This document shows positions 28,705-39,203 of a DNA stretch of 64,000 nt, piece after piece. The translations under genes and the position numbers were made by a program. Numbering within the stretch: position 1 is the first letter of the stretch; each line of letters opens with the position of its first letter. The notes beneath the pieces are model-generated. The model made no database searches and was not told where the DNA came from. It was given only the letters and a program-made list of their open reading frames with translations. The stretch is taken from positions 1 through 64,000 of IMG/VR virus record IMGVR_UViG_3300042922_000250; one strand, 5' to 3'. Source of the stretch: a virus.

Positions 28705-30165
28705 TCAGAAATTCACCTCGCTTACGTTAGTAACTAGAGTTTGAACGGCCAACCTTCCCGATGATCCGCTTATTCTGGCCTCTAAATAATCAAGCCTCTT
28801 TTGTAGATTCTTTCTTATTCGAGTATATTTATCTGACACAATTGGCGATTCGTCACCATATATCTCTGATTCATCGCCAAAAATATCGCTGTCCGTAGAT
28901 GAAAACATATACGGATATGACTTTGTACTTAACTCTAAATTTGCATTTCCAGGAACAAAGTTAACCGTCATATAATTGAAGTACTCAAGGATATATTTTT
29001 TCAATGTCGGAATATGGCGTTTTGTAATGAGCAAGTAGTCAAAATTATTACCATCATCAGTATCTATGGTCTCATCGATTTTGCCTATTTTATTACCGTA
29101 TAAAACATACACATTGTTTTCGTTTATCATCACATCGTTAATCTGATAGGCAAACGTTCTGCGTGTCCAACTGCCTGCAATGCCATTCACCGTAACATTA
29201 TAGTGATACATATAGACGAGTTTGTCTGATTGTCCTTTTACCCATATTTGGCGTTTACTAGGAACATGCCACATATGCGCCCCTACATCCGAATTAAGCA
29301 CAAACCACGGGTTTATAAAATAACCAGGTGCAGGATAATCTACTTTAACTGCTCCGTATGAATCAGTGGTTGTGAATGATTGAATGCCATCACTGCCGCA
29401 AAAATACGCTACATTGCCAACGGACAGGCCGCAATTGTAATTATAAGCATATACGTTATCGGCGGCAGCAATTACAGCCACGCTGTTAAAGTTATTCTCA
29501 TTAACAATTCGATACGGTGTACCACTTGACTTAATAACGATAAAATCCTGCGATAGTCGCATTGTTGCAGTAATTACGCCTGCATCTTTATAGCCAACAT
29601 CGATAAACTGAGCGGAAGAAATGTCAGACGGATTATTTGTCCATCCGATACGATCACCGATCGCAGAGTAATTCACAACATCAGAAAAGATATTATAAGC
29701 TCTGACTCGACCAGATACAACGCTAACATGGTGAGAATTTGGCGATCCCGTTGTAGTTGCTAATGTAGATCCATCATACTCCTGAACTTGACCGCCACTA
29801 GCAATCAATGCATAAGTATCATATAAACAAAAAGCAGGCCTATACGTGCCTGTTAGTGTGCCTATATGCGTTTTTGTTGCAAAGTTAGTTGTGACAGTAT
29901 ATAGTTCTTGTCCGCTTACAACCAAGTAAATGTCGTGTACTTTATCATAAAATCCTGCTGTCGCTTCTTCTGTTAAGTCCAACTGAGTGACTACACCAGG
30001 AACTACCTGAGGTTGCAAAACCTCGCCGCCGTACTCCCAATTATAGGCTCTTTGTACACATGCATCAGGTATTGATTCCGGTGTTCCTACTAGGCATTCG
30101 CCGCCCATTAAATTAGAAAGGGTAATTGGGTGTGACGTAGCGTTTTTAGCTTGGTATGTACCCAT
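28705..30165 (-). CDS. Tail nozzle/stabilisation protein
   Basis: Beta-rich 486 aa; podoviral position. Confidence 0.65.
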   Translation of the reverse strand: MGTYQAKNATSHPITLSNLMGGECLVGTPESIPDACVQRAYNWEYGGEVLQPQVVPGVVTQLDLTEEATAGFYDKVHDIYLVVSGQELYTVTTNFATKTHIGTLTGTYRPAFCLYDTYALIASGGQVQEYDGSTLATTTGSPNSHHVSVVSGRVRAYNIFSDVVNYSAIGDRIGWTNNPSDISSAQFIDVGYKDAGVITATMRLSQDFIVIKSSGTPYRIVNENNFNSVAVIAAADNVYAYNYNCGLSVGNVAYFCGSDGIQSFTTTDSYGAVKVDYPAPGYFINPWFVLNSDVGAHMWHVPSKRQIWVKGQSDKLVYMYHYNVTVNGIAGSWTRRTFAYQINDVMINENNVYVLYGNKIGKIDETIDTDDGNNFDYLLITKRHIPTLKKYILEYFNYMTVNFVPGNANLELSTKSYPYMFSSTDSDIFGDESEIYGDESPIVSDKYTRIRKNLQKRLDYLEARISGSSGRLAVQTLVTNVSEVNF

Positions 30166-30168
30166 CCA

Positions 30169-30645
30169 TTACCCTCCCTTGGCTTTAGCGAATGCATTGG
30201 TGTCTCGATCCAAAATGTCAATATCCTGTTGTACATTCATGCTATTGTCTGACTGTAGGCGCGTGCTGATATATGACGCAACAATATCTGCGTACTCGTC
30301 AGGGAGGGGGAAATTATCAGACGATGAATTTACTCTAGACACTTTAGTTGAATATCTGAATTTAACACTGGGAGGCGCACCAACAGCCAAGGAAATAGTT
30401 GAACCCATTGCATTAACTGGATATTGAGAAGTCGGCGGAAAGAATGCGAAAAAATCACTCGGCTTTGTTATTGTTCCTGTAATTACTAATTCTTTTATAA
30501 CTTCCGGATCTTTTGACGATACTCGCAAGTTTTGAACATAGTAAATGCCAGGATTGGTATATGTCATTAACTTTGCGCTGTCGTAGTCGCTTGTGTCGCT
30601 ATTCAGAAGTTGCAAGGCGAGTGCATGAATATCAGATATTTGCAT
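30169..30645 (-). CDS. Head-tail adaptor
   Basis: Position, size. Confidence 0.55.
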   Translation of the reverse strand: MQISDIHALALQLLNSDTSDYDSAKLMTYTNPGIYYVQNLRVSSKDPEVIKELVITGTITKPSDFFAFFPPTSQYPVNAMGSTISLAVGAPPSVKFRYSTKVSRVNSSSDNFPLPDEYADIVASYISTRLQSDNSMNVQQDIDILDRDTNAFAKAKGG

Positions 30646-30647
30646 TA

Positions 30648-31253
30648 TTAATAATCACCTCTGCCGCAACTTCCGGAGTAGTAACCGTCAACAACCGTTA
30701 CGCCTGTCTCAATATTTCCTAGTAGCTTACCAATTGTAGAGTTATATTCAGCCACCAAATCAAACCCATTCCCGGATAAAACAGCAACGATATATTGCAC
30801 CAATAACTCTTCAACGTCCGTCTGATAGCCGCTATCGTCCGTATCTTCCATGTTTTCTGTCTCTGGAATATAGGTAATTTCATAGTCATATGATTTGTCT
30901 GGGATTGGATAGAATTTAACAACGTTTGTATTTAACAAATAGTATCGTCTCGGTTCTCCGGTTCTTGTTTTATCCGGTATCTCAGATAAGGATACCTTTG
31001 TTACTGGGTGTTTATTTAAACGAAAGTCAATAATCTTGATTGGCTTCTTAGCCATTGCCAGAGACTCGCCAGCATTTACCGTTCCAGTAATTTCTTCCGA
31101 TAATTGCATTGGCATATGGTCAAGTATTGTTTTGCGCAACAACTTATTCCCTTTGTTGTATCTATCCATTAATTCATATGAATTGAACACGTCAAATCCG
31201 ATGTTTTTTAATTCATAGTTAGCACTAAGCAACAATTCGTTGATAATCGTCAA
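30648..31253 (-). CDS. Head-tail adaptor
   Basis: GEPRRYY...FYPIPDKSY. Confidence 0.6.
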   Translation of the reverse strand: MTIINELLLSANYELKNIGFDVFNSYELMDRYNKGNKLLRKTILDHMPMQLSEEITGTVNAGESLAMAKKPIKIIDFRLNKHPVTKVSLSEIPDKTRTGEPRRYYLLNTNVVKFYPIPDKSYDYEITYIPETENMEDTDDSGYQTDVEELLVQYIVAVLSGNGFDLVAEYNSTIGKLLGNIETGVTVVDGYYSGSCGRGDY

Positions 31254-31301
31254 TTTGTCACCTCCAATAAAGGAATAAGGAGGGGCAAAGCCCTCCCGTT
31301 A

Positions 31302-31766
31302 CTACGATGTAAAAGTTACTACGCAAGTTCCACTTGCTGCTAATCCCGCAAGTCCTTGCTGTGCTACCAAACTAGCTGTTAATGTAGCCGTTTCAGCATT
31401 TAACCATGCAGCAGCAGCACCGGACAAGGTGACAGATAGCACACCATCAGTCATGAGATGCGCTCCTGCTGCTGGAGATATCGCGGCTGTTCCGGCTGTT
31501 GATGTGTCAGCTACGGCCAAAGTTATTGGTCCGGAGTACCATGTATGGCGTTCGCCGTCTGCCGTTTCAAGAGCAACAGAAACAACCTGGCTCCATGCCG
31601 CAGAAGTTGGAGCAGGTGTTGCGGTTGCCGGGGTGCATTTTACGACAATATCTCCGCTTAAAGCTTTGAATAATGCTTTGATGTTGGTTAATTCGCCAGT
31701 CATACCACCGTTAGCCAATCCGGTTCTTAATGACTCCATGCCTGGGTTATAAGTTACATCTGCCAT
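31302..31766 (-). CDS. Capsid decoration-like protein
   Basis: Ala/Thr-rich; follows capsid gene. Confidence 0.5.
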   Translation of the reverse strand: MADVTYNPGMESLRTGLANGGMTGELTNIKALFKALSGDIVVKCTPATATPAPTSAAWSQVVSVALETADGERHTWYSGPITLAVADTSTAGTAAISPAAGAHLMTDGVLSVTLSGAAAAWLNAETATLTASLVAQQGLAGLAASGTCVVTFTS

Positions 31767-32740
31767 TATTCCACCGCCCCGCCAGTCATTACCTGGATAA
31801 CGCCATAATCCTTGCTGTCGTATACGGATTTATTCATAGAACCCCAGAACGCACAACCTTGACCCAATACGTTTCCGTAATCGTCATCATCTTTAATAGG
31901 CCACATGTTGCGACCAATTGCATGGCAGCAAGCTTGTTGACCAAGTAGCAGATTGTGAACTACGTTTGCAGAGCTTGCGCCGGTAGTGGTGTTTTTAATG
32001 CGCTCCCACTCGTAAACTGCTACACCATCAATAAAGCCTAAAACTCCGCTAAACAATGGGTTTTTCTTCATGTCACGAATGCCAGCACCTTGCTGGTTCG
32101 CAATCCATACGGGATCTGCCTTTAGGTCACGAGCCGCCCAAGTTCCAACGAGCATAATATACATGTCCTCGCCTTCAACTTTTAGCGGTATAACTTTCGG
32201 AGAGTGCGTGATAGCTCTGCGCTTTGCTTTAGAAATAAGCGCACAAGTCAATTTATCATTTGCGGTAATAGCAACTTCAGTACCAGCAGCAGCAGCAGAC
32301 ATCCATTCACCAGCAGAAGAAGTGCCGGTAGGTGAAGTTGTCATTTTAGTTACAAACGTTTTTTCCTGCCAGTTACCATACCACCGGACAAGAGCTTTTT
32401 TAATCATAGGCCATTGCTCATATACGGGTTTTTGAGTATCCCATTCAGTAGAACTAACGGCATGACGCACTTGGTCAATGGTAACCGAGAAATCATGTAC
32501 AATGTGCGCCTCTTCATTGCCTTTAAGCGTTGCATTACCGGTTACGCCATCGCCAGTTAATTCCATTTCAAGGCCGAAGGTAATCGTCGTTCCTTTTTTG
32601 CTTACAAGGTCAGTGTTTTTGTGAATAACGTTGCTACCATCAGTAGCGGTCAACTTCGATACCCAGTTTTCTTTTTCGCCCTCAGTTTGAATTTTTGATA
32701 CCCACAATTGCGGGATTAATGCGGTATTGATTGTATTCAA
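31766..32740 (-). CDS. Major capsid protein, N4-gp56/DUF4043 family
   Basis: GDGVTGNATLKGNEE, IDQVRHAV, NPLFSG, KDYGVI. Confidence 0.85.
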   Translation of the reverse strand: MNTINTALIPQLWVSKIQTEGEKENWVSKLTATDGSNVIHKNTDLVSKKGTTITFGLEMELTGDGVTGNATLKGNEEAHIVHDFSVTIDQVRHAVSSTEWDTQKPVYEQWPMIKKALVRWYGNWQEKTFVTKMTTSPTGTSSAGEWMSAAAAGTEVAITANDKLTCALISKAKRRAITHSPKVIPLKVEGEDMYIMLVGTWAARDLKADPVWIANQQGAGIRDMKKNPLFSGVLGFIDGVAVYEWERIKNTTTGASSANVVHNLLLGQQACCHAIGRNMWPIKDDDDYGNVLGQGCAFWGSMNKSVYDSKDYGVIQVMTGGAVE

Positions 32741-32757
32741 TATTTACACTCCTTTTT

Positions 32758-33759
32758 TTATACCAATCTTGGATCTATTTGTTTTAACATTTCTTTTGGA
32801 ATCTGATCGCTTTTACCATCGCGGATAAGCTGTTCAACTTGCGCCCATGACATTGCAGATGTTTTTGCGCCGCTAAGATTCTGCGCCATTGGCAACCCTG
32901 CCGCTTTATCTAGCGGAGTTGTTGCAATTTGTGCTGCTTGCTCTGGCAAAGAAATAGCACCCTGTGCAGGTGCTTGCGTGATACCTTTCATTTTGTCTTG
33001 ACATTTCTTAGCGAACTCGCGGAGAACAACAAAGTCGTCTTTTGTGCCGAACCCGTTATCAACTCGCTCATAGGCTTCGTCAATCTTCCTGGCTTCTTTT
33101 CTAGGAAGTTCGTCAAGCTCTGCCTCTGCGAATTGTAGCAACACCGGAAAATCAGGTATTGCTTTTAACTCTTGCGCGAAGCTTAAGTTTTCATTCAAAA
33201 CAACCTGTCGCTGTTGATAATCGGCTTCTAGGCGATATTCTTCTTTAGATACGCCCTTAACATATTGCAAATACTTGGCCGGGTCTGTATATTGCAATGT
33301 TTCGATATCGTCAGTTATCTTAAGAGCTTTTCTGATTTTTTCATCAGCCATTTTAGCAATTAGCTCGCTAACATCGATTTGTTGAGGCTGTTGATTTGTC
33401 TGAGCAGCGGCGGGTGCTGGCTGTTGAACAGGCGCTGACTGTTGCTGTTGCGAAGCCTTTACTGCGGCTAATTCAGCAGCAAGAAGCTTGTTCTTGTCGT
33501 TAATCTCCTTGAACCGGTCATACGCTATTACGGTAGGTTTTAACTTTTCGGCTGTATCGCCGCCGACTTGCGAAGGTTCTTCCTGTTCGGCTGAATGTTC
33601 GGCTGAATTATCTTGTTCCTCTGCCAACTCGGCAGGAGTTTCAGTAGTTTTTTCGGTTTCTTTTGGTTGTTCGGTTGTGATTCCTTGCAGTTCTTCCGCG
33701 GTAAAATGGTCTTTTAACGTGTCCACCGGCACGAGATTTATTTCTTCCATTATTAGCAC
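32758..33759 (-). CDS. Scaffolding protein
   Basis: Acidic coiled coil, YDRFKEIN; precedes capsid. Confidence 0.75.
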   Translation of the reverse strand: MLIMEEINLVPVDTLKDHFTAEELQGITTEQPKETEKTTETPAELAEEQDNSAEHSAEQEEPSQVGGDTAEKLKPTVIAYDRFKEINDKNKLLAAELAAVKASQQQQSAPVQQPAPAAAQTNQQPQQIDVSELIAKMADEKIRKALKITDDIETLQYTDPAKYLQYVKGVSKEEYRLEADYQQRQVVLNENLSFAQELKAIPDFPVLLQFAEAELDELPRKEARKIDEAYERVDNGFGTKDDFVVLREFAKKCQDKMKGITQAPAQGAISLPEQAAQIATTPLDKAAGLPMAQNLSGAKTSAMSWAQVEQLIRDGKSDQIPKEMLKQIDPRLV

Positions 33760-33892
33760 TCCTTTTTACGTCTCGTGGACGAAATTTAATCTGTGCTTTT
33801 AACGACTGTTGCTGTCGATTGGCATAAAAAATACACCTATCGCTAGGTGCTATGCGTTTATTGAGAGTGTTTTACCACTCCGATCACACTCC

Positions 33893-34090
33893 TTAGATTC
33901 TTTTAACTAGCGTAGCCTGCATTCCTCTTGAACTTTCTTTTCCTGGTTCAAACTCAACCAATTCACCAACATCAAGCGTTATGTCTGTGCTCTGAATCGC
34001 CGAGAAATGGCAGAAGTAATTAGTTCCATCATCGCCTGTTATTGTTCCATAGCCTTTGTTGTCGTCCCACTCTTTGCATGTTCCTTGCAT
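33893..34090 (-). CDS. Cold-shock domain protein
   Basis: KGYGTI (RNP1) and YFCHFSAI (RNP2). Confidence 0.9.
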   Translation of the reverse strand: MQGTCKEWDDNKGYGTITGDDGTNYFCHFSAIQSTDITLDVGELVEFEPGKESSRGMQATLVKRI

Positions 34091-34101
34091 GAATTACTCC
34101 T

Positions 34102-36141
34102 TTACATAGAATTACCGCCCTGTACAGGCGGTTGCTTCGGCGGGTTATTCATTTGCTGTTGCACTATCAAGCTTGCAGGATCAACCTGTATCCCTGCCTC
34201 TGCCAACACTGCTATTTTGCCTTCAATCGGCAAATCCTTGAAAGCGATTGATAACGAAGTCTTAGGAGGCGGCATCTGGTCAGCATCTTCTTGCTGCTTC
34301 TCCATCATCCTCCTCAACTCTGTTTTGTTATTGATCGGCATATACTCAAGCAACATCTGCGGAGGAATTTGAATTCCTGCTTTTTGCGCATCAATCAACT
34401 GGTATAACGTAGATTGCATAAGGGTTGGAGTCGATTGGCTAGGAGCAACAACAATATCAAACTCAAACTTTGACAGGTCATATAGCACACGCTGTACTAA
34501 TTGCCCTTGTTCATCAATCACTGGCTTCCCTGTGTTCGGGTCGATTTGCGGTTGACGTGTTACCGCTTGATCTTGTCCGTTAGCCAACTCAACGAATTTA
34601 TTCTCGCCATCCTTGCCAATAATTCGCATTACCATTTGTTCTGTAAAGTATTGCGGTATTAGCCCAGGTCTTCCCTTATCACCCCAAAGCAAGTCAAGAA
34701 TTAGGCGTTCTGAATAGTTTGCTTCATCAGCTAAGTCGCTAACCTGCATAAACGAAGCCTTTTGCCTGCGGTCAATCGCAACGCCGGACATATCACCCGG
34801 AACATTAATACTGCCCATCGTTTCAGGATTGATACCACTTATCATGTAGAAGTCTTCGCCGCTAACCTTTTCCATTTCGACATTAGCAGTCGATATCCCA
34901 TCCGGCATGATTCGTTCAACCTTAGTTACGCTAGGCGGAACATTCAATTTTGCTCCCGGAGTAGTTCCAAACGATTTTAACTGCGCATCAAACTCAGGAG
35001 TGCTTGTTCCGTATATAAGCCATATGCCATTAGCCTGCGTATTGACGATATGCATCCGCTGACTTCTGTGCTTATTAAGCTCTCGTTGAATCGGCTTCAA
35101 ATCTCTGATCAGTCCAGCAGGTTCAAGCGAAGCGTCATTCTCGTCCTTTTCTGCCGTGTAATAGGCGAACTCTTGGACAAGAGGGAATCGCTTATGCTTG
35201 TATGGCGAGTCGCTTTCTTCTAACAGCACATCATCTGTGAACACTAGATAGCGGTAATTACAGGATGGAATACGATGCTTTTTGATGCCAGGTATGCGAA
35301 GTGAAGCCATTGACTTCAATTCTTCTGTTTCTTCTAGTATCTCAGGGGTTCCGTCCATCTGATAAACGTTTCTAAATGACCGCTCTTTATACCAATACTG
35401 CGCCACCCTCAGTTTTTTTAATTCCTTACTGTACCAAATTGGTTCGTTGGCGATTGACTCAACTTCTTTTTCTGCCTTGTCGTATTGGTGTTTTAGTCCG
35501 TTTATTTCGCTTGCCTTATCCTCATAAATTAAGGATAATTCGTCAGGATCTTCCCAACTATACACACCACAAAACTCTGCATCTGACAAATCTTCTTTGA
35601 TGCTCTCAGGATCAACAAATACTTCAAACGGTGAACGGCGTTCAATCTTTATCATTCCGTCCATTTTGTCATAATCAAAGTCATAGAACACCCAATAATA
35701 GCCTTTGCCACATATTAGCCTGTCGCGGCTTACCTTCTTTTTGTGGCGATTAAACATGCACTTATCATATACATATTTATTAACGCCTTTTGCAATAGCG
35801 CATATTTCATCATCTTCGCCGCTTCTTGGCAGGAAGTTAGCTTCTGACATATTCTGTCCAAAATAACCTGATACCTGATTGATCAATGGTCTGCAACGGT
35901 TAATGGTGATTGCCGGTCTGCCCTGTTTCATTAGTGCCTGTTCGTCTTTAGCGTCCCATTGCTTACCCTGCACAAAACGAAAGTCTTCCCTTGCTTCCTT
36001 TCGCCAATCAACAGACGCTTCAAGAGATAGGCTAACATTCTGTCTTGCTTTCTGTACTTTGCCTATGTCTGTTGGTTCTGATCTTATTGAATCGTCCATG
36101 TATTCACCTCCTTGAAGTCCAATGTTTGCATCTATTGTCAA
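34102..36141 (-). CDS. Portal protein, P22-like
   Basis: GKQW, RPAITIN, SGVAI. Confidence 0.88.
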   Translation of the reverse strand: MTIDANIGLQGGEYMDDSIRSEPTDIGKVQKARQNVSLSLEASVDWRKEAREDFRFVQGKQWDAKDEQALMKQGRPAITINRCRPLINQVSGYFGQNMSEANFLPRSGEDDEICAIAKGVNKYVYDKCMFNRHKKKVSRDRLICGKGYYWVFYDFDYDKMDGMIKIERRSPFEVFVDPESIKEDLSDAEFCGVYSWEDPDELSLIYEDKASEINGLKHQYDKAEKEVESIANEPIWYSKELKKLRVAQYWYKERSFRNVYQMDGTPEILEETEELKSMASLRIPGIKKHRIPSCNYRYLVFTDDVLLEESDSPYKHKRFPLVQEFAYYTAEKDENDASLEPAGLIRDLKPIQRELNKHRSQRMHIVNTQANGIWLIYGTSTPEFDAQLKSFGTTPGAKLNVPPSVTKVERIMPDGISTANVEMEKVSGEDFYMISGINPETMGSINVPGDMSGVAIDRRQKASFMQVSDLADEANYSERLILDLLWGDKGRPGLIPQYFTEQMVMRIIGKDGENKFVELANGQDQAVTRQPQIDPNTGKPVIDEQGQLVQRVLYDLSKFEFDIVVAPSQSTPTLMQSTLYQLIDAQKAGIQIPPQMLLEYMPINNKTELRRMMEKQQEDADQMPPPKTSLSIAFKDLPIEGKIAVLAEAGIQVDPASLIVQQQMNNPPKQPPVQGGNSM

Positions 36142-36249
36142 ATGGATGCTTTTCTATTTCTTTGTCGTCATATGCGCAAATGTTGCGCATTGCGTTCCAT
36201 TCGTCGCTATGGCTTAGAAGCCATTCGCAATTAGCACATTTATGCCACA

Positions 36250-36483
36250 TTACTGCACCATCCCAGTGTTATAAAACATGTAGTAAATCTCCGATAATTG
36301 ATCGCTTGTTAGCGAATCAACAAAGAATTTAATCTCCAACGGCGTTGTTCCTGGATTGCGAGCTTTTAGCAAATCCATCTCTGACATTAGGACTCGGTAG
36401 GCGAAGTCGCGCAAGGCTTTGTCTGAGACGTGAGGGCTAGCGTACATTATCGAGAAACCTCTTCGCTTTTTCGATTGTGTCAA
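36250..36483 (-). CDS. Hypothetical protein
   Basis: Operon packing. Confidence 0.45.
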   Translation of the reverse strand: MTQSKKRRGFSIMYASPHVSDKALRDFAYRVLMSEMDLLKARNPGTTPLEIKFFVDSLTSDQLSEIYYMFYNTGMVQ

Positions 36484-36703
36484 ACTCAGTTACATATAAA
36501 CCGCGCTCCGCGACTACAACTCTACTGCCTGAATCTTCAACGATCATGTATCCCCGGTATTCTTGAAAAGGAACTGCTGTTCCAGGACTTGAACTAAGTT
36601 CTTTCATTAATGATTTGTTTTCAAGCTCCGCTGCCTGCTTCTTAGCTCTTGCCTCTGCTCTCGCCTGTGCTAATTTCGCTTTTTGCTCGTCAGTCATTGC
36701 CAT
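36437..36703 (-). CDS. Hypothetical protein
   Basis: Operon packing. Confidence 0.65.
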   Translation of the reverse strand: MAMTDEQKAKLAQARAEARAKKQAAELENKSLMKELSSSPGTAVPFQEYRGYMIVEDSGSRVVVAERGLYVTEFDTIEKAKRFLDNVR

Positions 36704-36901
36704 TTATTTAGCACCTTCCTTGTAGTCAATCCAACTCTTTAACGCTTTAATGCACGATGAAGTTCTTTCTGTTTTTTCTATATCTATCTCGCTATTCATT
36801 GTTACGCCGTGCCGAATTACTCCGTCTTTAATGGCAAATATGTTGTTATTATCATCTAAACTAAACGAATACCCCTTATAATTTTCTATCCTGCCATCCA
36901 T
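36704..36901 (-). CDS. Hypothetical protein
   Basis: Operon packing. Confidence 0.6.
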   Translation of the reverse strand: MDGRIENYKGYSFSLDDNNNIFAIKDGVIRHGVTMNSEIDIEKTERTSSCIKALKSWIDYKEGAK

Positions 36902-38193
36902 GATGTTGCCTCCTCTTCCTCTTGACGGTCATAGCCGCCATAGTCTATTTTTGGTTTTTCTTCCGCAATGTGTTCACGCCAATAGACCATTTCCTGCTCA
37001 TTGCCGTATCGAATAGCATCAATCAAGTGATTGTTTCTATCAACAGGCTTGGCAAGCTGTTCACCATGTTTGTTTTCTTCCCACTTGTAAGAGGAAAATT
37101 CATTCTTTGTGTTTTGACAACGCACATCAATAATGATTTCCTGCTGTTGCAGCCATTGTATACCGTAATTAACGCTATCTTTACCCTTAATTGCACCAAC
37201 CGTTGATATGCCGCGCTGCGCCAATTCTATAATTGATTTAGGCTCTGAGCTATCGCAAGTAATTAATTCCTTGCCGATCATCGGCTTTAGTGATTTTGCT
37301 AAATCATCATTAGTCAATCCGCGCTCGTATAACTCATCTAAGATATATAAACGTTTTCGCTTTCTATCGTAATGAGTACGAGCAGCAGCAGAAGGATCAG
37401 AAGCAAATCCGAAGTCAAGACCGTTATTAAACGTAGCAAATGTTTTGCGTTCCTCTGTTAAATCCCTAACAATCCAGTTAGTAAAGATAACGCCGCCAAG
37501 GAATCCCCAATTGCCAAGCAAATAAACATCTTTATAATACTTGTCTTTGGTGTTCTCTAGCCTCTTTATATCGTCAGTTGTCAAGAATGTGTTGTCTTTG
37601 TATGTTGTCTTTAAGATGAATATTTCATCATCTTTGTACTTCTTTGCTCCATCTGTCCAGATGGGCCTAAAGTATGTTGTGTATATCCAATGTGTTTGGT
37701 TGATCGGATTAAATGACAGGACGATTCTCTTATTAACCTTAGACATACCGCGCAGACGTTTATCTAACTGCTGGACATCTTCGTAATCAGCCTCAGTAGC
37801 TTCCTCATACCATATGTCAGTAATAACGCCCTTTGCCGGAGTTATAGACTTAACACGTTCTGAATCATCCATACCAATAAACAATATCTGATACCCATTC
37901 TGACAAGTTATAATCATATCTGTTTGATTAAACTTAAACAGATGAGTACATTTGAATTTACTGATAGACTTACTTATTTCGTTATAAACAGAACGCTTTG
38001 CTGTGTTCGCTACCTTCCGAACAACCAGATAATTATGACCACCTTTCAGTATATCAAGAACAGTTCTATCAGCAAGAAATACTGATTTCCCAGAAGATGA
38101 ACCGCCATAATATACCTCCAACGGCGCAACCCATCCAAGATACGGACGATAAACAGGATTAAAACACTTCTTGTCTATGTTCAAATTAATCAT
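36886..38193 (-). CDS. terL: Terminase large subunit, PBSX family
   Basis: GGSSSGKS, WYEEA, GLDFG, NHLIDAIRY. Confidence 0.95.
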   Translation of the reverse strand: MINLNIDKKCFNPVYRPYLGWVAPLEVYYGGSSSGKSVFLADRTVLDILKGGHNYLVVRKVANTAKRSVYNEISKSISKFKCTHLFKFNQTDMIITCQNGYQILFIGMDDSERVKSITPAKGVITDIWYEEATEADYEDVQQLDKRLRGMSKVNKRIVLSFNPINQTHWIYTTYFRPIWTDGAKKYKDDEIFILKTTYKDNTFLTTDDIKRLENTKDKYYKDVYLLGNWGFLGGVIFTNWIVRDLTEERKTFATFNNGLDFGFASDPSAAARTHYDRKRKRLYILDELYERGLTNDDLAKSLKPMIGKELITCDSSEPKSIIELAQRGISTVGAIKGKDSVNYGIQWLQQQEIIIDVRCQNTKNEFSSYKWEENKHGEQLAKPVDRNNHLIDAIRYGNEQEMVYWREHIAEEKPKIDYGGYDRQEEEEATSWMAG

Positions 38194-38631
38194 TGAATCA
38201 GTCCTTTTTAGGCAATAAAAAAAGCCCTTATTATAGGCTTGAAAAGTTTCGAACGTATAAAAAAAATTAGGATTTTGAAATACCGATAATTGATTGAAAA
38301 GGAGTGAAAAACTTGTAATTAGGGGTGCAATACAATTTGATAGCTGGTAGAAGTAGATATATATAGCACAGGCGCATTCGCCACAGCCCCCATACCCCCT
38401 CGAATCTCACACGCTAACGCCCGCCTGCGCTCATGTCTGCGTGTGAGCCTGTGCGCTCATGCACCAATGATCTGCACGCATGTATGCATTTGTTTGCTGG
38501 CTAGGATTTGCACCTAGCATAACGCAGCACGAATTGCCTTGGCGCACCACTGCATCATCTAACAGCCAAGATTAATGTCTACCTATTCCATCACCACAAA
38601 CAGGCATAAGAAAAGGACGCAACGAATAGTT

Positions 38632-38659
38632 ACGTCCGATAATATTGAGTATGTAAACA
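38632..38659 (+). other. dif-like XerC/D site
   Basis: ACGTCCGATAA-TATTGA-GTATGTAAACA, 11-6-11 layout. Confidence 0.6.
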
Positions 38660-38765
38660 ATAGAATACAGTGTTTATGCGGCTTTCCGGATTCGCAGTTT
38701 ACAATAACACAATTTACCATGTTAAAACAGCTAAAATCCATTGAGCGTGGACATCTTTAGTTTAT

Positions 38766-39203
38766 TTAATCATCAGATATAGTTACATTGATAGTCAAGT
38801 CAGAACCATCTTTGCCGGTGATTTCTGTTTCGTTTTTATCCTTCCAACCGTAATTGTTCTTTAGGTTGAACAAAACACCGTTAGGATTCTTGGCTGTCAT
38901 GCTTAATTCCTCTGCATAATTATGGCAAATACGCTTCGCGCGTGTAATCGCGTCGAAGAACTCAGCCCTACCTTGATAATTTAATAACCCTTCTCTATCC
39001 ATATCTAATGCCAATCCTAGCCCCGTAATAGTATATGGCCTAATCTGCACTCTCTCTACACCTATCACATCGCCGTTCTTATCAATAATAGGCTTATCAG
39101 TAAAGCATGATTCGAAATATCCATCTATTAATTTTTGCATCTCGTCAACAGTCTTATATTTTAACGGTCTTCCACCTGCATGCTTCTGCTTTTCTTCGCT
39201 CAT
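38766..39203 (-). CDS. terS: Terminase small subunit
   Basis: GGRPLKY, PYTITGL, FNLKNNYGWKDK. Confidence 0.88.
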   Translation of the reverse strand: MSEEKQKHAGGRPLKYKTVDEMQKLIDGYFESCFTDKPIIDKNGDVIGVERVQIRPYTITGLGLALDMDREGLLNYQGRAEFFDAITRAKRICHNYAEELSMTAKNPNGVLFNLKNNYGWKDKNETEITGKDGSDLTINVTISDD

